Source: Azolla caroliniana
Lineage: Eukaryota; Plantae; Polypodiophyta
NCBI GenBank assembly: GCA_043228905.1
Contig: JBHGNT010000020.1
Span: 11,780,001-11,844,000, forward strand
DNA: 64,000 nt
Reading direction: 5' to 3'
Position 1 is the first letter of the stretch. Every line of letters starts with the position of its first letter. Below, piece after piece: positions 46,273 to 59,219 of the stretch. Both the position numbers and the translations under genes were made by a program. Below the pieces are notes generated by a model that saw nothing but the letters and a program-made list of their open reading frames with translations, was not told the origin of the DNA and made no database searches.

Positions 46273-48852
46273 TGTCATGGAAATCCGCGAGTACGTGTCG
46301 TCTTAGGCGGGACCATGGGGGTCACAATCTAGGGAGTTGGATGGTGGAGGTCTCGCTGTCAACGAGCCTCAACCCTTTGGATTTCCGCTCACATTGGTTT
46401 CCGGCCAAATTGGTCAGGATCGGCCTCCGGATGGATCGGTTTGGATCAGTATCACACCGGATCAGTTTCCGGACGGATCGACCCGAATCGGAAAGACGAT
46501 TAACTGCGAACAAAGACTCAACTCAAATAGGTGAAAACAAAGAGGAATATACATGAATATATATATGTTACAAACGTTCTTACAATGATTCGGCGTACAT
46601 GCCACAAATCCGGTAGCTATTACAAACAATCGGCTAAAAACATGTTAAGAAATGGGAACCGGTGAAGGCGAGTCAAGTGGGCCGTCGAGACCGCGACATC
46701 CTTCGTTGGTCATGCCCCAAAGGCGGTGGAGTGTTCCCGTGCCACTTCGCCCTCCCTTCTTGAACTAGCCACCACACGAAACGCTCTCCATCGAGGAGAG
46801 GAAGTCAAACCACCAAGTGCCGCCACTGGCATGTCGAAGAGCTGTTGTTGTAGAAATCCCAAACCAAACCCAAACTTTCACATGAAGAAAACCGAAACCC
46901 TAAATCTCCTACGAACTCTCACAAGATGAAGAACTAAAACGGAACACAAAATCTCCACTCAAGAAGAAGGAACCAAAACCCACAAAATGACAAAGAAGAA
47001 GAAAACTACTAAATCCTAGATCTAAGTGGTACACCCTCCTAACTCAAAATGGGCAACCCCTTAACAAGAGACCCCTCCTTCCTTTTATAGTCCAAGGAGG
47101 GAAGGACGTTACAATGTGGGACAAATATTCCCCTTTTTATTTTATATACATTTTCGAATGTACATGTGCACACGGTGCACATTACCCACATTGCCCATTC
47201 CACCCGGTTTTCTCACCATAACCGGAAATCTTCACGACATCCACCCCCAACAAACCGCACATCCACCGAAATGTCCCAAGATAAGGAAGAGAAGATGGGA
47301 GATTCCAACGAAGGTGATCAACTGGGACTCTCGCAGAACCGCCATGACCCCTCGATCGGGTCATTCCAACTCTTGCTCGGTTCAACCGCCACCTTCCGTT
47401 TCCTTTCCATCCCCATGGATTGGTCATCTTCCCCAATCGCCAAGGCCTTGTCCAACCCCACCGATCTTGAACTCCGCCCCGAGAGTTGAGCAAGCGAGAC
47501 TCAACCTCTAGGAGCACTTGTGTAGTGCTTTGGTGGGTCTTCGTTGATGATGCCCCTTTTTAGTCGATCTCATGCCAACTCTGTTCCTTCGATCCCTCAT
47601 GCACAAGCCTTTCCGGTAACTCCTTTGAAAGCCCCCACGAATCGCAAGCTTCTCGGAGCTCTTCGACCTCTTCGTGACATTACGGCCACAACCACCCGGT
47701 AAATCTTCTAGATCGTTGCCTCGCCCTTCTTCCTTCGATCAATCCCGACATCGTGGGCTTCAAAAATTTTGGGACGTCATCCCCATTTCAATGGTCGACT
47801 TCTTCGACCGCGCCCTCAACGGCTTCTGAGCTGTTTCTCATCCACCCTTCTTCCGCATACGTCCATCATCGCCTTCGACATTGCCTTCACCACGAAGCCT
47901 TCTTCATCCACCTCCATCCTCTCTTCCCATCCTTCACGTTGGGTTCACCAAAGATGTCGCGGAAATCCGGGGGTACGTGTCAGCCTGGGCAGGATCACGG
48001 GGATCATGGACTAGGGAGTCTGATGGTGGAGGTCTCGCTCTCAATGAGCCTCAACCCTTTGGTTTTTTGCTCGCGATGGTTTTTGGCCAAATCGGTTTGG
48101 ATCGGCCTCCGGATGGATCTGTCCGGATCGGAAAGATGATTAATTGCGAATAAGTGAAAACAAAGAGGAATATATACACGAATATATATATGTTACAAAT
48201 GCTCTTACAATGATTCGCTTTACATGCCACGAATCCGGTGCCTATTACAAACAATCGGCTAAAAACAACATGTTAAGAAATGGGAGCCGGCGAAGGCGAG
48301 TCAAGTGGGCCATCGGGACAATGACGTCCTCCATTGGTCATGCCCCGAAGACGGTGGAGTGTTTCTGTGCCACTTCGCCGTCCCTTCTCGAACTGGCCAC
48401 CACAGGAAACACTCTCCATCGAGGAGAGGAAGCCGAACCACCAAGTGCCGCCACCGGAATGCCGAAGAGCCGCCGTTGTAGAAACCCAAAACCAAACCCT
48501 AACTCTCACACAAAGAAAACCGAAACCCTAAATATCCTACAAACTCTCACAAGATGAAGAACTAAAACAAAACACTAAACCTCCACTCAAGAAGAAGGAA
48601 CCAAAACCCACAAGACAATGAAGAAGAAGAAAACTGCTAAACCCTAGATCTAAGTGGTACCCCCTCCTAACTCAAAATGGGCAATCCCTTTACAAGAGAC
48701 CCCTCCTTCCTTTTATAGTCTAAGGAGGGAAGGACAAATATTTCCCTTTTTATTTTATATACATTTTCGAATGTACATGTGCACACGGTGCACATTGCCG
48801 ACTTTGCCCATCCCACCCGGTTTTCTCACCATAGCTGGAAATCTTCACGACA
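46273..48852 (-). mobile_element. Non-autonomous gypsy-family element (LARD/TRIM-like): two ~0.9-kb LTRs with a ~715-bp interior
   Basis: LTRs 46273-47239 and 47955-48852. PPT (reverse) at 47240-47270. PBS matches the plant tRNA-Trp 3' end (ttcacgttgggttcacca, about 47933-47950). No pol motifs. Confidence 0.88.
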
Positions 48853-50212
48853 TCAGAAGCCTGATATATCTGACCATCACCTGACCGAACCTCAGTTATC
48901 CGGTCGGGCTGATCAGTCCGTTTATGTTGTAACTGAACATTGAACACCTTTAGTGCCTGTAGAGGATATTGTGATATGTTAGCGGTGTTGAGAATCGATT
49001 CGTAAAACCACAAGATCAAACGATGCTGAAAAATACACAACACATGCACACGACGACACAGTACATAGATATTTACATGGAAGCCCTAAAACAAGAGAAA
49101 ACCACGGGAGAGCAGAAACTTCACTATACAATGGATGTACAAGGCAGAGATTACAACACTCTGATTATGAGTGTATCACCCACACAGGGTTCTTGGCGTA
49201 TGCTGTTACGCACGCAACTATGGCGCTACTCTCTCTCACTCCCTCTCTCTCTCTTTTCACGTCTCTCTTACGCACACTTCTGTTATCATCACATTACTAT
49301 GTTTGCCCTAGATGTATATATATACTGATACATCGTGTGGACTATTTACAATTATAGCCATTGCTACATATTACTACTATTATTGTTACTATAATAATAA
49401 TAATCTATTTAAATAATCGACTTTCCGTTGTCGACTCTTCGACTATCGGTTGTCGGCTATTTCTGAACAGTCGGTACCTCCCATTGGAGGGACATATCCC
49501 CAAGAAACTCCCCCTTCACTCCTGTGGGAGGGAGTCAGTGAATCCTGTCTTCTGTCGATAGACTCTAAGTTTGTCCATAGGTAGGTTCTTCGTGAGCATG
49601 TAAACTCTCCTTTTTCTCCGATTCCATGTCGGCTGATGTAAATACTAGGTAGTGTACATTTATTAGGGGATTGTGCGTATCTCTGTGAAAAGGACAGGGA
49701 ATAAAGTGGTTTTGACTAGGGAGGAAGGGGCACTCCCCTTTTTGGGGACTATTTAAGGAGAGGAGAGAAGGAAGAGAAGGCATTGCGCGTTGGCGAGGAT
49801 GAAGTGCTGTTGTAGAACCAAGTGTTGCTGCAGAACCAAGTGTCGAGCTCTCTCTCCTCCAATCGTCGTTCTCTACGGGTGTCGGGAGTTCGCTGCCTCT
49901 GCTTCGTGGACAGTCCATGTGCTTCCAGCAGAGTCTCTCTCTCTCTCTCTCCCTTTTTCCCTTTTGTTTTCTTCGGGTCGTGTGGTTGTCGTTAGTGTGC
50001 GTGAGTAGGACCCCGTGTCAGGTCCATTATCGGGTTGTCGGGTGTAACTGTTCGAGTTGTAAGCTATTGACTATAGTAATCGGATTCCTATTTTCTTGCT
50101 CTTAATCTCTTTCTGTGTACTTGCAACTCTCTCTCTCTCTCTCTCTCCTTGGTCCAAGACCCCCGTGGTCCCGCCTCTTCCTACATGCGAACGCGAAACT
50201 TCGTGACATATT

Positions 50213-50230
50213 TGGTGAACCCGACATGAA
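50213..50230 (+). promoter_or_regulatory. Primer-binding site complementary to tRNA-Trp
   Basis: tggtgaacccgacatgaa, 4 nt after the LTR end; one mismatch to the complement of the plant tRNA-Trp 3' end ...TTCACGTCGGGTTCACCA. Confidence 0.8.
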
Positions 50231-52380
50231 CATGCGGCAAAGGAGTCGAAAGATGAGGGGATCGGAGCTAGCAGAGGCTATGGCGGTAGCCATCGACCGA
50301 CTAGTAAGCGCTCGTGAGGGGACGAGTACCCTCGATAGAGCCATCGAATCGATCATCGGCACTATAGGCCGGTTCGTAGGGGAAAGACGCCACAAGTTAT
50401 TTGGAGGCTTACCGGGCCGAAATGATCATGAGGGATATCCCGGTGGACAGGCGGCTGTTCGGATTCCCTCGGGTGGTGACGCCGAGCATCCACGCGGAGG
50501 TGCTCGAGGTGTTGGCCGGGTGCCAAACTTGGGAGGAGTTCGAGCTGTAGCTCCTCGAGAAGTACGGGTTTGACGACTCGCTTTGGCTGTCGAGGCGGGA
50601 CTTCATGGCGTGGGTGGAAAGCCCCGAAAAAGGGAGGAACACGTCGACGCTCCTCCAGGAGTTCGAAAAATGGTTCGCGCGGCTGTCGACGCTGGACCGG
50701 ACCGTGCTCGAAACGAGTCGAGTACTACTGTTTGTCAAGTCGGTGGACGCGCTCGACAGGGAAAAGGTGGGTCCCCTATTGGAAACGGACGAAGGGCTCA
50801 CGACAGACTGGGCCGTGGTAAAACGGGTCTACAGCCGTTTCGACAAACGGCGCGAATGGAACGACGAAAGCTCATCGGGGTCAGGGCCGGTCCCGGCGAG
50901 GAGGCTCGAGGAGCCGGTATCGGTGCCAGCCGGTAGGAAGGAAGAGACCCGAATTTGGCTGGAGTCGAGGTCGGCATCGAACAACGTGGTCAGAGGCCCA
51001 TTCGGAGGAGCAGCTCTGGAGGAGCTGACATAGATGGTGCGCGACCTACAGATCGCACAGGCACGAAGAGACAACGGTGAACAACCTCGCGACCAGAGGC
51101 CGCCGGCTGGGCAGCGGTGCATATGGTGTGACGTGATCAGTCACATCCGGAAGGATTGCGCGGATTTCGCCGACGCGCTCAGGACCAACGTGGTGTACCT
51201 CTGGAACGAGCGGGTGCATGCGAGCGAGACCCGGACAGCCCTAGAACTAAATACGGGGCGCGGCGGAATGAAGAGGTTGATGGAAGAGGCCGCGGCACGA
51301 CATGTAGAAGTCGTTAACTACTTAGTGTCAGCGGGAATTCGGGTCGGGGGTGATGAGACCCGGAAGGTGAAGGACTCCGGATTCTGGCTGCTAGTGTTAG
51401 AAGGCCTCTCCGGAGTTCAGCTGAAGAAGGAAGAGGCGGACTGTGCGGAACAACGGGTCCAGGAGGTCACCGGATGGGACGATCCGGTCGAAGAGAAAAC
51501 GGGCTTCGTAGAAGCCGCTTGCCAGAACTACGAGGTTCTGGTGTAAGACAAACGGGCAGGAAAGGCTGGGGGCGTTGGTCCCCCGCAGAGGTACGAGACC
51601 CGGTTCGGACCGAAACCGACCAGCGCCGGCAACCCAGGCACGCCGGACGGAAAGAAGCAGGCGGGGTTTCGGTTAAGCACCGAAATTGAGAGACCAACGG
51701 ACCTACAGAAGGTTCTTGAAGAACGGATCCTCGACAATAAAGTGGAGTTGTCGTTGCGGGAGGTGCTGGGAATCGCCAAGAGGGAGTTCCACGACTCCAT
51801 CGTAGACTTGGTGAAGCGGAAGAGGCTCTCGACGGAGCCAGAACCGGAGAAGCCGGTGGAGGTGCGGACTACGCACTTAGAAGATGCGGCCCTAGAAGAC
51901 GAGTTGGCGGAAAGCCACTACGCGAAGCCGCATTGGGCCAGGGCAACTACGGAGACCCCTGTGCGGATCGGCGACGTTTCGGAACCGGTGGTGGCCTTGG
52001 TAGACCATGGATCCGAAATCAACATGATGTCCATGGATTTCTACAAGAGGGGTAAATGGCCGATCAACACCAAGCATGGGTGGAAGATACGCGCGGCGAC
52101 GCGTGCTACGGAGGAGCTGCATGGTGCGTGCCCAATTATACGCGTAAAGGTCGGTGACGTCGAGATAGATCAACATTTCTTCGTGCAGGAAACATCCTCG
52201 CACCCGGTGATTCTCGGCGAACCATACATTACGGCAGCATGCATGGAGACGAAGGTGTTGGATAACGGTTCGGCGTACGCGCGTGTCAAGAGCCAGGACG
52301 ATCGGCATTCCATTCCAATTCATGACCGTAGGTCCGAACCATGAGAGGAATCGTGAGACCCTCGGTGGCGATAGCTGAGG

Positions 52381-52390
52381 GGATTTTTAG
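52381..52390 (+). promoter_or_regulatory. Candidate -1 ribosomal frameshift site G_GAT_TTT_TAG between gag-protease and RT ORFs
   Basis: The reconstructed ORF1 ends ...GDF* at 52390. The RT frame opens after the TAG at 52372-52374, is -1 relative to ORF1, and stays open into the 52453 ORF. Confidence 0.65.
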
Positions 52391-55300
52391 AGAGGGCTAT
52401 CAAGGCGTGGGGCCGCAGTAGTCCGGACGTACCGGAAGAACCCCACACATGTATGGTAGGTAGGAAGTTTTGGTTCTCCGAAAACGGAGGTTGTACTATA
52501 GACGGCGTCAGCGGCCGGGAGAGGAAGCGAGTGGAGGAGCGGCTCAGGGGATGCAGAGTTCTCTTCCCCGACGAAGAAATCAGTGGCGTCGTGGAGGCAG
52601 TGTCTTTTGACGACACCTTGGGCGAGTTACGAAAGGTGATCGGTGAAGACCTTAGAGAAGACCGGACCGTTCCGGTTAGTTCGATGGGAATGTACGAAGT
52701 CATCACGGACTTCGGGGAAAGGATCGGGTCGGATAGGACGTCCCACGTGGATGCAAAGTACAAGACTGTGGACCGGAAGGTGAGGCCAGTCGCGACACCC
52801 TTGCCGGAGGGCAGCGAGGAGCGGATAAAAGGGGTCGCGTCGGACCCAAGTTTACGGAATCTGGCTGGCATAGGGCACCGGTTCACTGACATAACGCTAC
52901 GGGAGCTCAAGGTCGGTGAGGGTGGCTTTCTACTGCCGGAGGAGGAGGACAGGTTTCGGGGAATGCTCGGAAGGCATGGGAAAGCCTTCGCGTTCTCACC
53001 GGAGAAGATCAGGTACGTGGACCCGACGATCGTCGAACCGATGGTGATCTTCACGGTACCGCATGTACTGTGGAATCTCAAACCGATTCCGGTGCCGAGA
53101 GCTCACATCCCGAAGTTGATGGAGCTTCTGAAGCAAAAGGTGGAGATGGGCATCCTCGAACCGTCGAGTGCCCCGTATTCGAATCGGTGGTTTACGGTGT
53201 CGAAGAAGAACGGCACGCTGCGCTTCATTCAAGACCTGCAACCGGTCAACAAGGTGACCATCCGTAATGCAGGAATCAGACCGACCATAGACGAGTTCGC
53301 GGAGGCCTTCGCTGGGAGGTCGATCTATTCGGTCGGTGACTTATACTTGGGGTACGACCAGTTCCAGCTAGCCGTGGAGAGCAGGGATATCACGACTATG
53401 CGAACCCCTCTCGGCCTAGTACGGATGTGTACCCTACCACAAGGCGGGACGAACTTGGTGGCGCATATGGTGAACGTAATGGACAAGGTGCTGAGGGATT
53501 GCATCCCGGACATCACCATGCCATTCTTGGACGACATCCCGATAAAGGGGTGTCTGGTGGATGATGCGGATGAGACTGTCGGGCCGGACGGATGCCGGAG
53601 GTTCGTCGTGAACCACACCTAAATCGGTGTTCAGGCAGTCGGAGATCCTGGTGGTCGGACACCTGTGCGGGCCTTACGGTAGGAAACCGTCTCCGGCAAA
53701 GGTAGAAGCCATCTCCGCGATGAAGGACGATTGTGGGTCGGTTACGGAGGTCCGCAGATTCCTGGGGGCGTGGGCGTTCTACCACATCTGGATTCCGCAC
53801 TACGCGCATGTTGCGGAGCCGCTCTACGGGCTATTGAAGAAAGGCCGTAGGTTCGAGTGGAGGACGGAGCACACGGAGTCGGTCCGGAGGATGAAGGAGG
53901 TGCTTGCTGCGGCACCGGCTCTCCGTAAAGCGGTTTACGGCAAGGGAGTCTCCGTCTACGTGACGGTGGACATGAGCCCGACCGGGATCGGGTGGGTGAT
54001 CAATCAAGAGGACGAGGACGGCGTACGATTCCTGATCCGGTTCGGTGCGAAGGTATTGAGCGAGCGGCAACGAGGATACGCCCAAGTCAAGCGCGAACTA
54101 TGGGGTATCGTTTCAGCAGTCAAGGCTGACAAGGACTATATGATCGGGACGGAAGTGATCATCGAGACGGACTGCTTGCCAATACTCGGCATGCTCCGGT
54201 GGATAGCGTACATTAAGTCCCTGAACCCGGAGATACGGCACATCTCCAGAAAGGATAACGCCATGGCCGACATGCTTTCAAGAGCAAGGTTCAACGACGA
54301 AGACGGCATGGTTTCGGATGACGAAGAAGTCAGCGAGGACTTCTTCGGGTCAACTAATGTGACGACAAGGAAAGGGGACACTCCGGCGCTTAACGAATTT
54401 GACGAAAGCAGGTACGACGGGGAGTGGGTCCAAATCGGGAGGTTCCTACGGGCGATGACGCCGGACGCAACGTGGACGAGAGAAGAGGCGAGCCGGGTAC
54501 GGAAGCAGGCGCACCGATTCTTCCTACGGGACGGGTGCATATGGAGGCACCCAAAGAAAAGAAACGACATCCCGCTCCGAGTAGTGGCAAAGAAAGAAGA
54601 ACAGGAGGAACTACTGGCGGCATTTCACGAGAGTCCTTGGGCCGGGCACCGCGGAACGTGGGCCACATTCGAGAAGCTAAAGGAGAAGTACTGGTGGTCG
54701 GGGCTATACCAAGACGTGCATCGGTTCGTAACGACTTGCAAAAGCTGTCAGATGCACTCCGTAGTTCGACATCGGGGCTACACCTGACTTACCCGCCTGC
54801 GGTCCATTTCAAGTGGATGGTGGACTTGGTGACGATGCCGATGGGAGTAGGACAGATGCGATACCTGGTGCTTGCGCGAGAAGACTTAACGAACTAGGTG
54901 GAAGGCCGTGCACTGCAGAACAAGACAACCGCGGCGGTATGCCGGTTCCTGATCGAAGAGGTAGTGTGTCGGTACGGGTGAGTCGGGAGGATCATGACGG
55001 ACCGGGGAGAGCTGGATGCACGGGAAGCTGAGGAGTTGTTCGACTGGCTAGGGGTCAAACTCTCCCTCACTATGACGTACAATCCGGAGGCGAACGGGAA
55101 GGTAGAGCGAGGGCACGGGCCGATCGTAAAGGTGTTGGTGCGTGCATGCCGAGGGCAGGTTGGGAATTGGCCGTGGCTCCTTCCTTACGCACTATGGGCG
55201 GACCGAACTACGCACAGTTTAGTGACAGGGTTTATGCCGGCAGAGCTGATGTACAGACAGAAGCCGATCATGCCGGTGGAACGAACGGTTTCTTCATGGG

Positions 55301-56432
55301 CGGTGGTAGATTGGAAGGACGAGATGACTCGGGAGGAGTTGCTGGCGGCGCGGATTCGACAACTCGAGCGGAGGCCGGAGGACGTGAAACGGGCGAAGGA
55401 AAAGCTGCGGGCGGCAAGGGAGCGGAACAAGACCCGGTTCAACCGGACGCACCGGTTGCGACCAAAGAAGATCAAGGAAGGCAACTAGGTCTTAGTATAC
55501 GACAACAACCTCGACAATCAGCACAAGGCGGTGCGAAAGTTCTCTAGGAGATGGTTCGGACCGTACACGGTGACGAGCGCAAACGACAACGGCACGTACC
55601 ACCTAGCGGAACTCTACGGGACATGGTTAGCGGTACCGGTGGCCGGAAAGCGGATCAAAGCGTTCAAGAAGCGGTTCGAAGACGAGCCGGAGCCGGCGAG
55701 TGAGAGCGACAACGACGATCGGTTCGGGCCCGGCGAAGAATTAGAGAGCGACGAGTGAAGCCAGTTTTCTTCGGTGTCTACCCATCTCTGGCGCATGCCG
55801 GTGGATGTGCGGTTCGGTGGGGGTGGATGTCGTGAAGAAAACCGGCCATGGGCGGAATCAGAGAAAAAGGGGCATGAACCGGCTCTTACATGGGTGGACG
55901 CTGAATTGATATTTTGTACATGATTCATAATTAGGTCGGCTGATGTAAATACTAGGTAGTGTACATTTATTAGGGGATTGTGCGTATCTCTATGAAAAGG
56001 ACAGGGAATAAAGTGGTTTTGACTAGGGAGGAAGGGGCACCCCCCTTTTTGGGGACTATTTAAGGAGAGGATAGAAGGAAGAGAAGGCATCGCGCGTTGG
56101 CGAGGATGAAGTGCTGCTGTAGAACCAAGTGTTGCTGCAGAACCAAGTGCCGAGCTCTCTCTCCTCCAATCGTCGTTCTCTACGGGTGTCGGGAGTTCGC
56201 TGCCTCTGCTTCGTGGACAACCCGTGTGCTTCCAGCAGAGTCTCTCTCTCTCTCTCTCTCCCTTTTTCCCTTTTGTTTTCTTCGGGTCGTGTGGCTGTCG
56301 TCGGTGTGCGTGAGTAGGACCCCGTGTCAGGTCCATTATCGGGTTGCCGGTTGTAACTGTTGAGTTGTAAGCTATTGACTATAGTAATCGAATTCCTGTT
56401 TTCTTGCTCTTAATCTCTTTCTGTGTACTTGC

Positions 56433-56465
<33 letters not shown>

Positions 56466-59219
56466 TGGTCCAAGACCCCCGTGGTCCCGCCTCTTCCTAC
56501 ACACGAACGCAAAACTTCGCGACAACGTACCTCAACATGGATCAGCTTGAGTCTACATCTCCCGACATGTCCGAGTTGGTAAAACCTTCCAATACAGGTT
56601 TTCCGACAACATACCCTAGGCATACCCCTGAGATGCCTTTTAAGTACCCGAGTATCCACTTCACCGCTGCCTAGTGTTCTCTTCGTGGATTACTCATATA
56701 TCGGCTTACTGCTCCCAAAACAAATGCTATGTCTGGTCTTGTACAGACCATAGCATACATTAGACTGCTGATCGCCGAGGTATATGGTACCTTCCTCATC
56801 TCAGCCTTCTCCTTCTCCCCTTTTGGGCACTGTTTCGTATTCAACTTGCAATTTGTCGGCAACACCGAGCTGACCGGCTTTGCGTCCAACATGTTGAACC
56901 TTTCTAGGATCTTTGTCACATACTTTTGTTGTGACAACCATAGCACCTTGTGAGTTTTGTCTCGAACTATGTGCATTCCCAAGATCTGTTTAGCCGGTCC
57001 AAGGTCTTTCATGGCAAACGACCTGCCAAAAGCTTTCTTCAAGCTTCCGATCTTCCTTGTGTCTTGACCAACTACCAACATGTCATCAACATATAACAAG
57101 AGAATCAAGAAGTCTCCTTCTTCGTACCTTTTGACGAACACATAGTGATCGGCATGTGTTTTCTGGAACCGGTATTCCATCATGAAGGACTTGAACTTCT
57201 TGTACCATTGGCGTGGAGCTTGTTTCAGACCTTACAAGCTTTTCTTCAGTTGACACACTAGGTTCTCTTCCCCTTTCTCCTCAACACCTTCGGCTTGCTG
57301 CATGTAGATTTCTTCTTCTAGCTCCCCGTGCAGGAATGCGGTTTTGACATCCAACTGTTCGATCTCCAGGTCCATATTGGCCGCTATACTCAAAACAGTT
57401 TGAATGGATGTCATCTTCACGACTGATGTGAATATTTCGTCGAAGTCGACGCCCTTTTTCTATTGAAAACCCTTCACCAGTATGTGGGCTTTATACCTGG
57501 GCTCACTGTCAGCTTCTCCAGTCTTCACCTTGTAGACCCACTTATTCCTGAGTGCTCTCTTACCTTTCGGTAGCTCTACCAGGTCGTAGGTGTAATTCTC
57601 GTGCAAGGATTCCATCTCATCTTGCATCGCACTCCGCCTTTTCTCTCTGTGCTCGTCGGCAATGGCTTCTTCATAGCACTCTGATTCACCTTCATCAGTC
57701 AAGAGGATGTATTGATTGGTGTATGTTTTCGGTGCTTTCCTTTCTCTGAGTGAGTATGTCCTTCCACTCGTTGTTGGCTCTCTTTTGGATGTCTCTGCCA
57801 ACTCTTCTCTCCGCCCGGGTTCCTACATGTCAATCGGCATCTCCAGGTTGGACGACTCCAACTCATACTCTTCAATTGACCTTAGCAGCTCTCCCGACTC
57901 TGAATCATAGTCGGTCGGTCTCTCCAAGTTGACCGACTCGGATTCGGCTGCACCGACTGGCCGTCTCCGAACAGCCGACGTTGTCGGTTCACTTGACCTT
58001 AGATTGACAATAGTTGGGGTTGAATGGGGAGTTGTATCCTACTTCTGTTGCTTCCAGTCTTCAATCGTTTTATCTTCAAGAAAAACTATGTCCCGGCTTC
58101 TCACTACTTTCTTGTTGAATAGGTCCCATAGCCTATAGCCGAACTCATCTTCCGAGTATCCCATGAATATACATGCTTTCGACTTACTGTCGAGCTTTGA
58201 CCTCTGATCCTTCGGTACATGCATATACCCCAAACATCCGAACACCCTCAAGTGTTGGTAGGAGAAATCCTTCCCTATCCACACTCTTTGTGGGACATCA
58301 CCCTTTAATGGTACTGAGGGAGACCTGTTGATCAGATAAACAACCGTGTACATTGCCTCAATCCAATAGGATTTTGGCAGTTTCGCATGAGAGAGCATGC
58401 TCGTTACCCTCTCCATGATTGTTTGATTCATCCTCTCTGCAAGCCCGTTCAACTCTGAGGTCTTTGGCACTGTGTATTCGATCCGAATACCTTGGCTCTT
58501 GCAGTATTCCTCGAATTTCCCTCTATACTTGCCACCGTTGTCGGTTCAAACAACCTTCAACTTCTGACCCGACTCTCGTTCACTTCTAGCCTGGAACTCC
58601 TTGAAAAACGACAGTGCTTGATCCTTCGACTTCAGTACGGAGGCCCATGTCTTCCGACTATAGTCTTCGATGAACGTCACAAAGTATTGTCCACCTCGAT
58701 GTGATGGAGCATCTACATAACACACATCCATGTGTACCAGTTCTAGTGCAGCTTCTCTCCTTCTTGTTGGTCTTGTGTGAAATGCTAATTTGTTCTGCTT
58801 CCCGACTAAGCAGTCGGCGCACTTCTCCAGGTGCACTCCCTTGACTTTTGGTAGAAGCTTTTGGTTGGCTAGCAGGTGCATTCCTTTCTCACTCATGTGG
58901 CCTAGCCTCTTATGCCATATCTCTCCTACCGAGTCGGTTGCCACATTTACTTCCGATTTGCACAGTCGGGCATGCCTCATATATAATGTGCCTTCTTTCT
59001 GTGCTCGGGCCACTATAGGATTTCCTCGGCAGAACTTCCACTTGCCATTCTGAAAGCTACCTTTATAGCCTTCATCATTTAACCTTCCAATCAATATCAG
59101 ATTCAATATGATATCGGGGACGTATCGAACATCCTTCAGAGTCAGTCGACACCCTGTCGACGTCGTGAAGCAAACACTTCCAACTCCGAGCCAACTATTA
59201 TATACTATGACAACCTTAA

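Larger units (their letters stand above)
49628..56524 (+). mobile_element. Near full-length Ty3/gypsy LTR retrotransposon (degenerate)
   Basis: 5' LTR about 49628-50208 (5' end deleted) and PBS tRNA-Trp TGGTGAACCCGACATGAA at 50213. Coding: gag with CxxC-H-C knuckle, protease LVDHGSEIN, RT PFLDD, RNase H, integrase. PPT ends 55827 and 3' LTR is 55828-56524. Stops and frameshifts throughout. Confidence 0.95.
48987..59215 (-). mobile_element. Ty1/copia element (Tnt1/Tork-like), 5'-truncated and split by a gypsy insertion
   Basis: Putative 3' LTR about 48987-49504 with PPT aactccccct. RNase H C-terminus (MLTKNLPMDKL) at about 49510-49600. From 56525 to 59215: RNase H start, RT (LYVDDML, KDLGPAKQILGM, QLDVKTAFLHG) and integrase (WHKRLGHMSEKG, LELVHMDVC, NGLAERMN). 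Confidence 0.88.
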
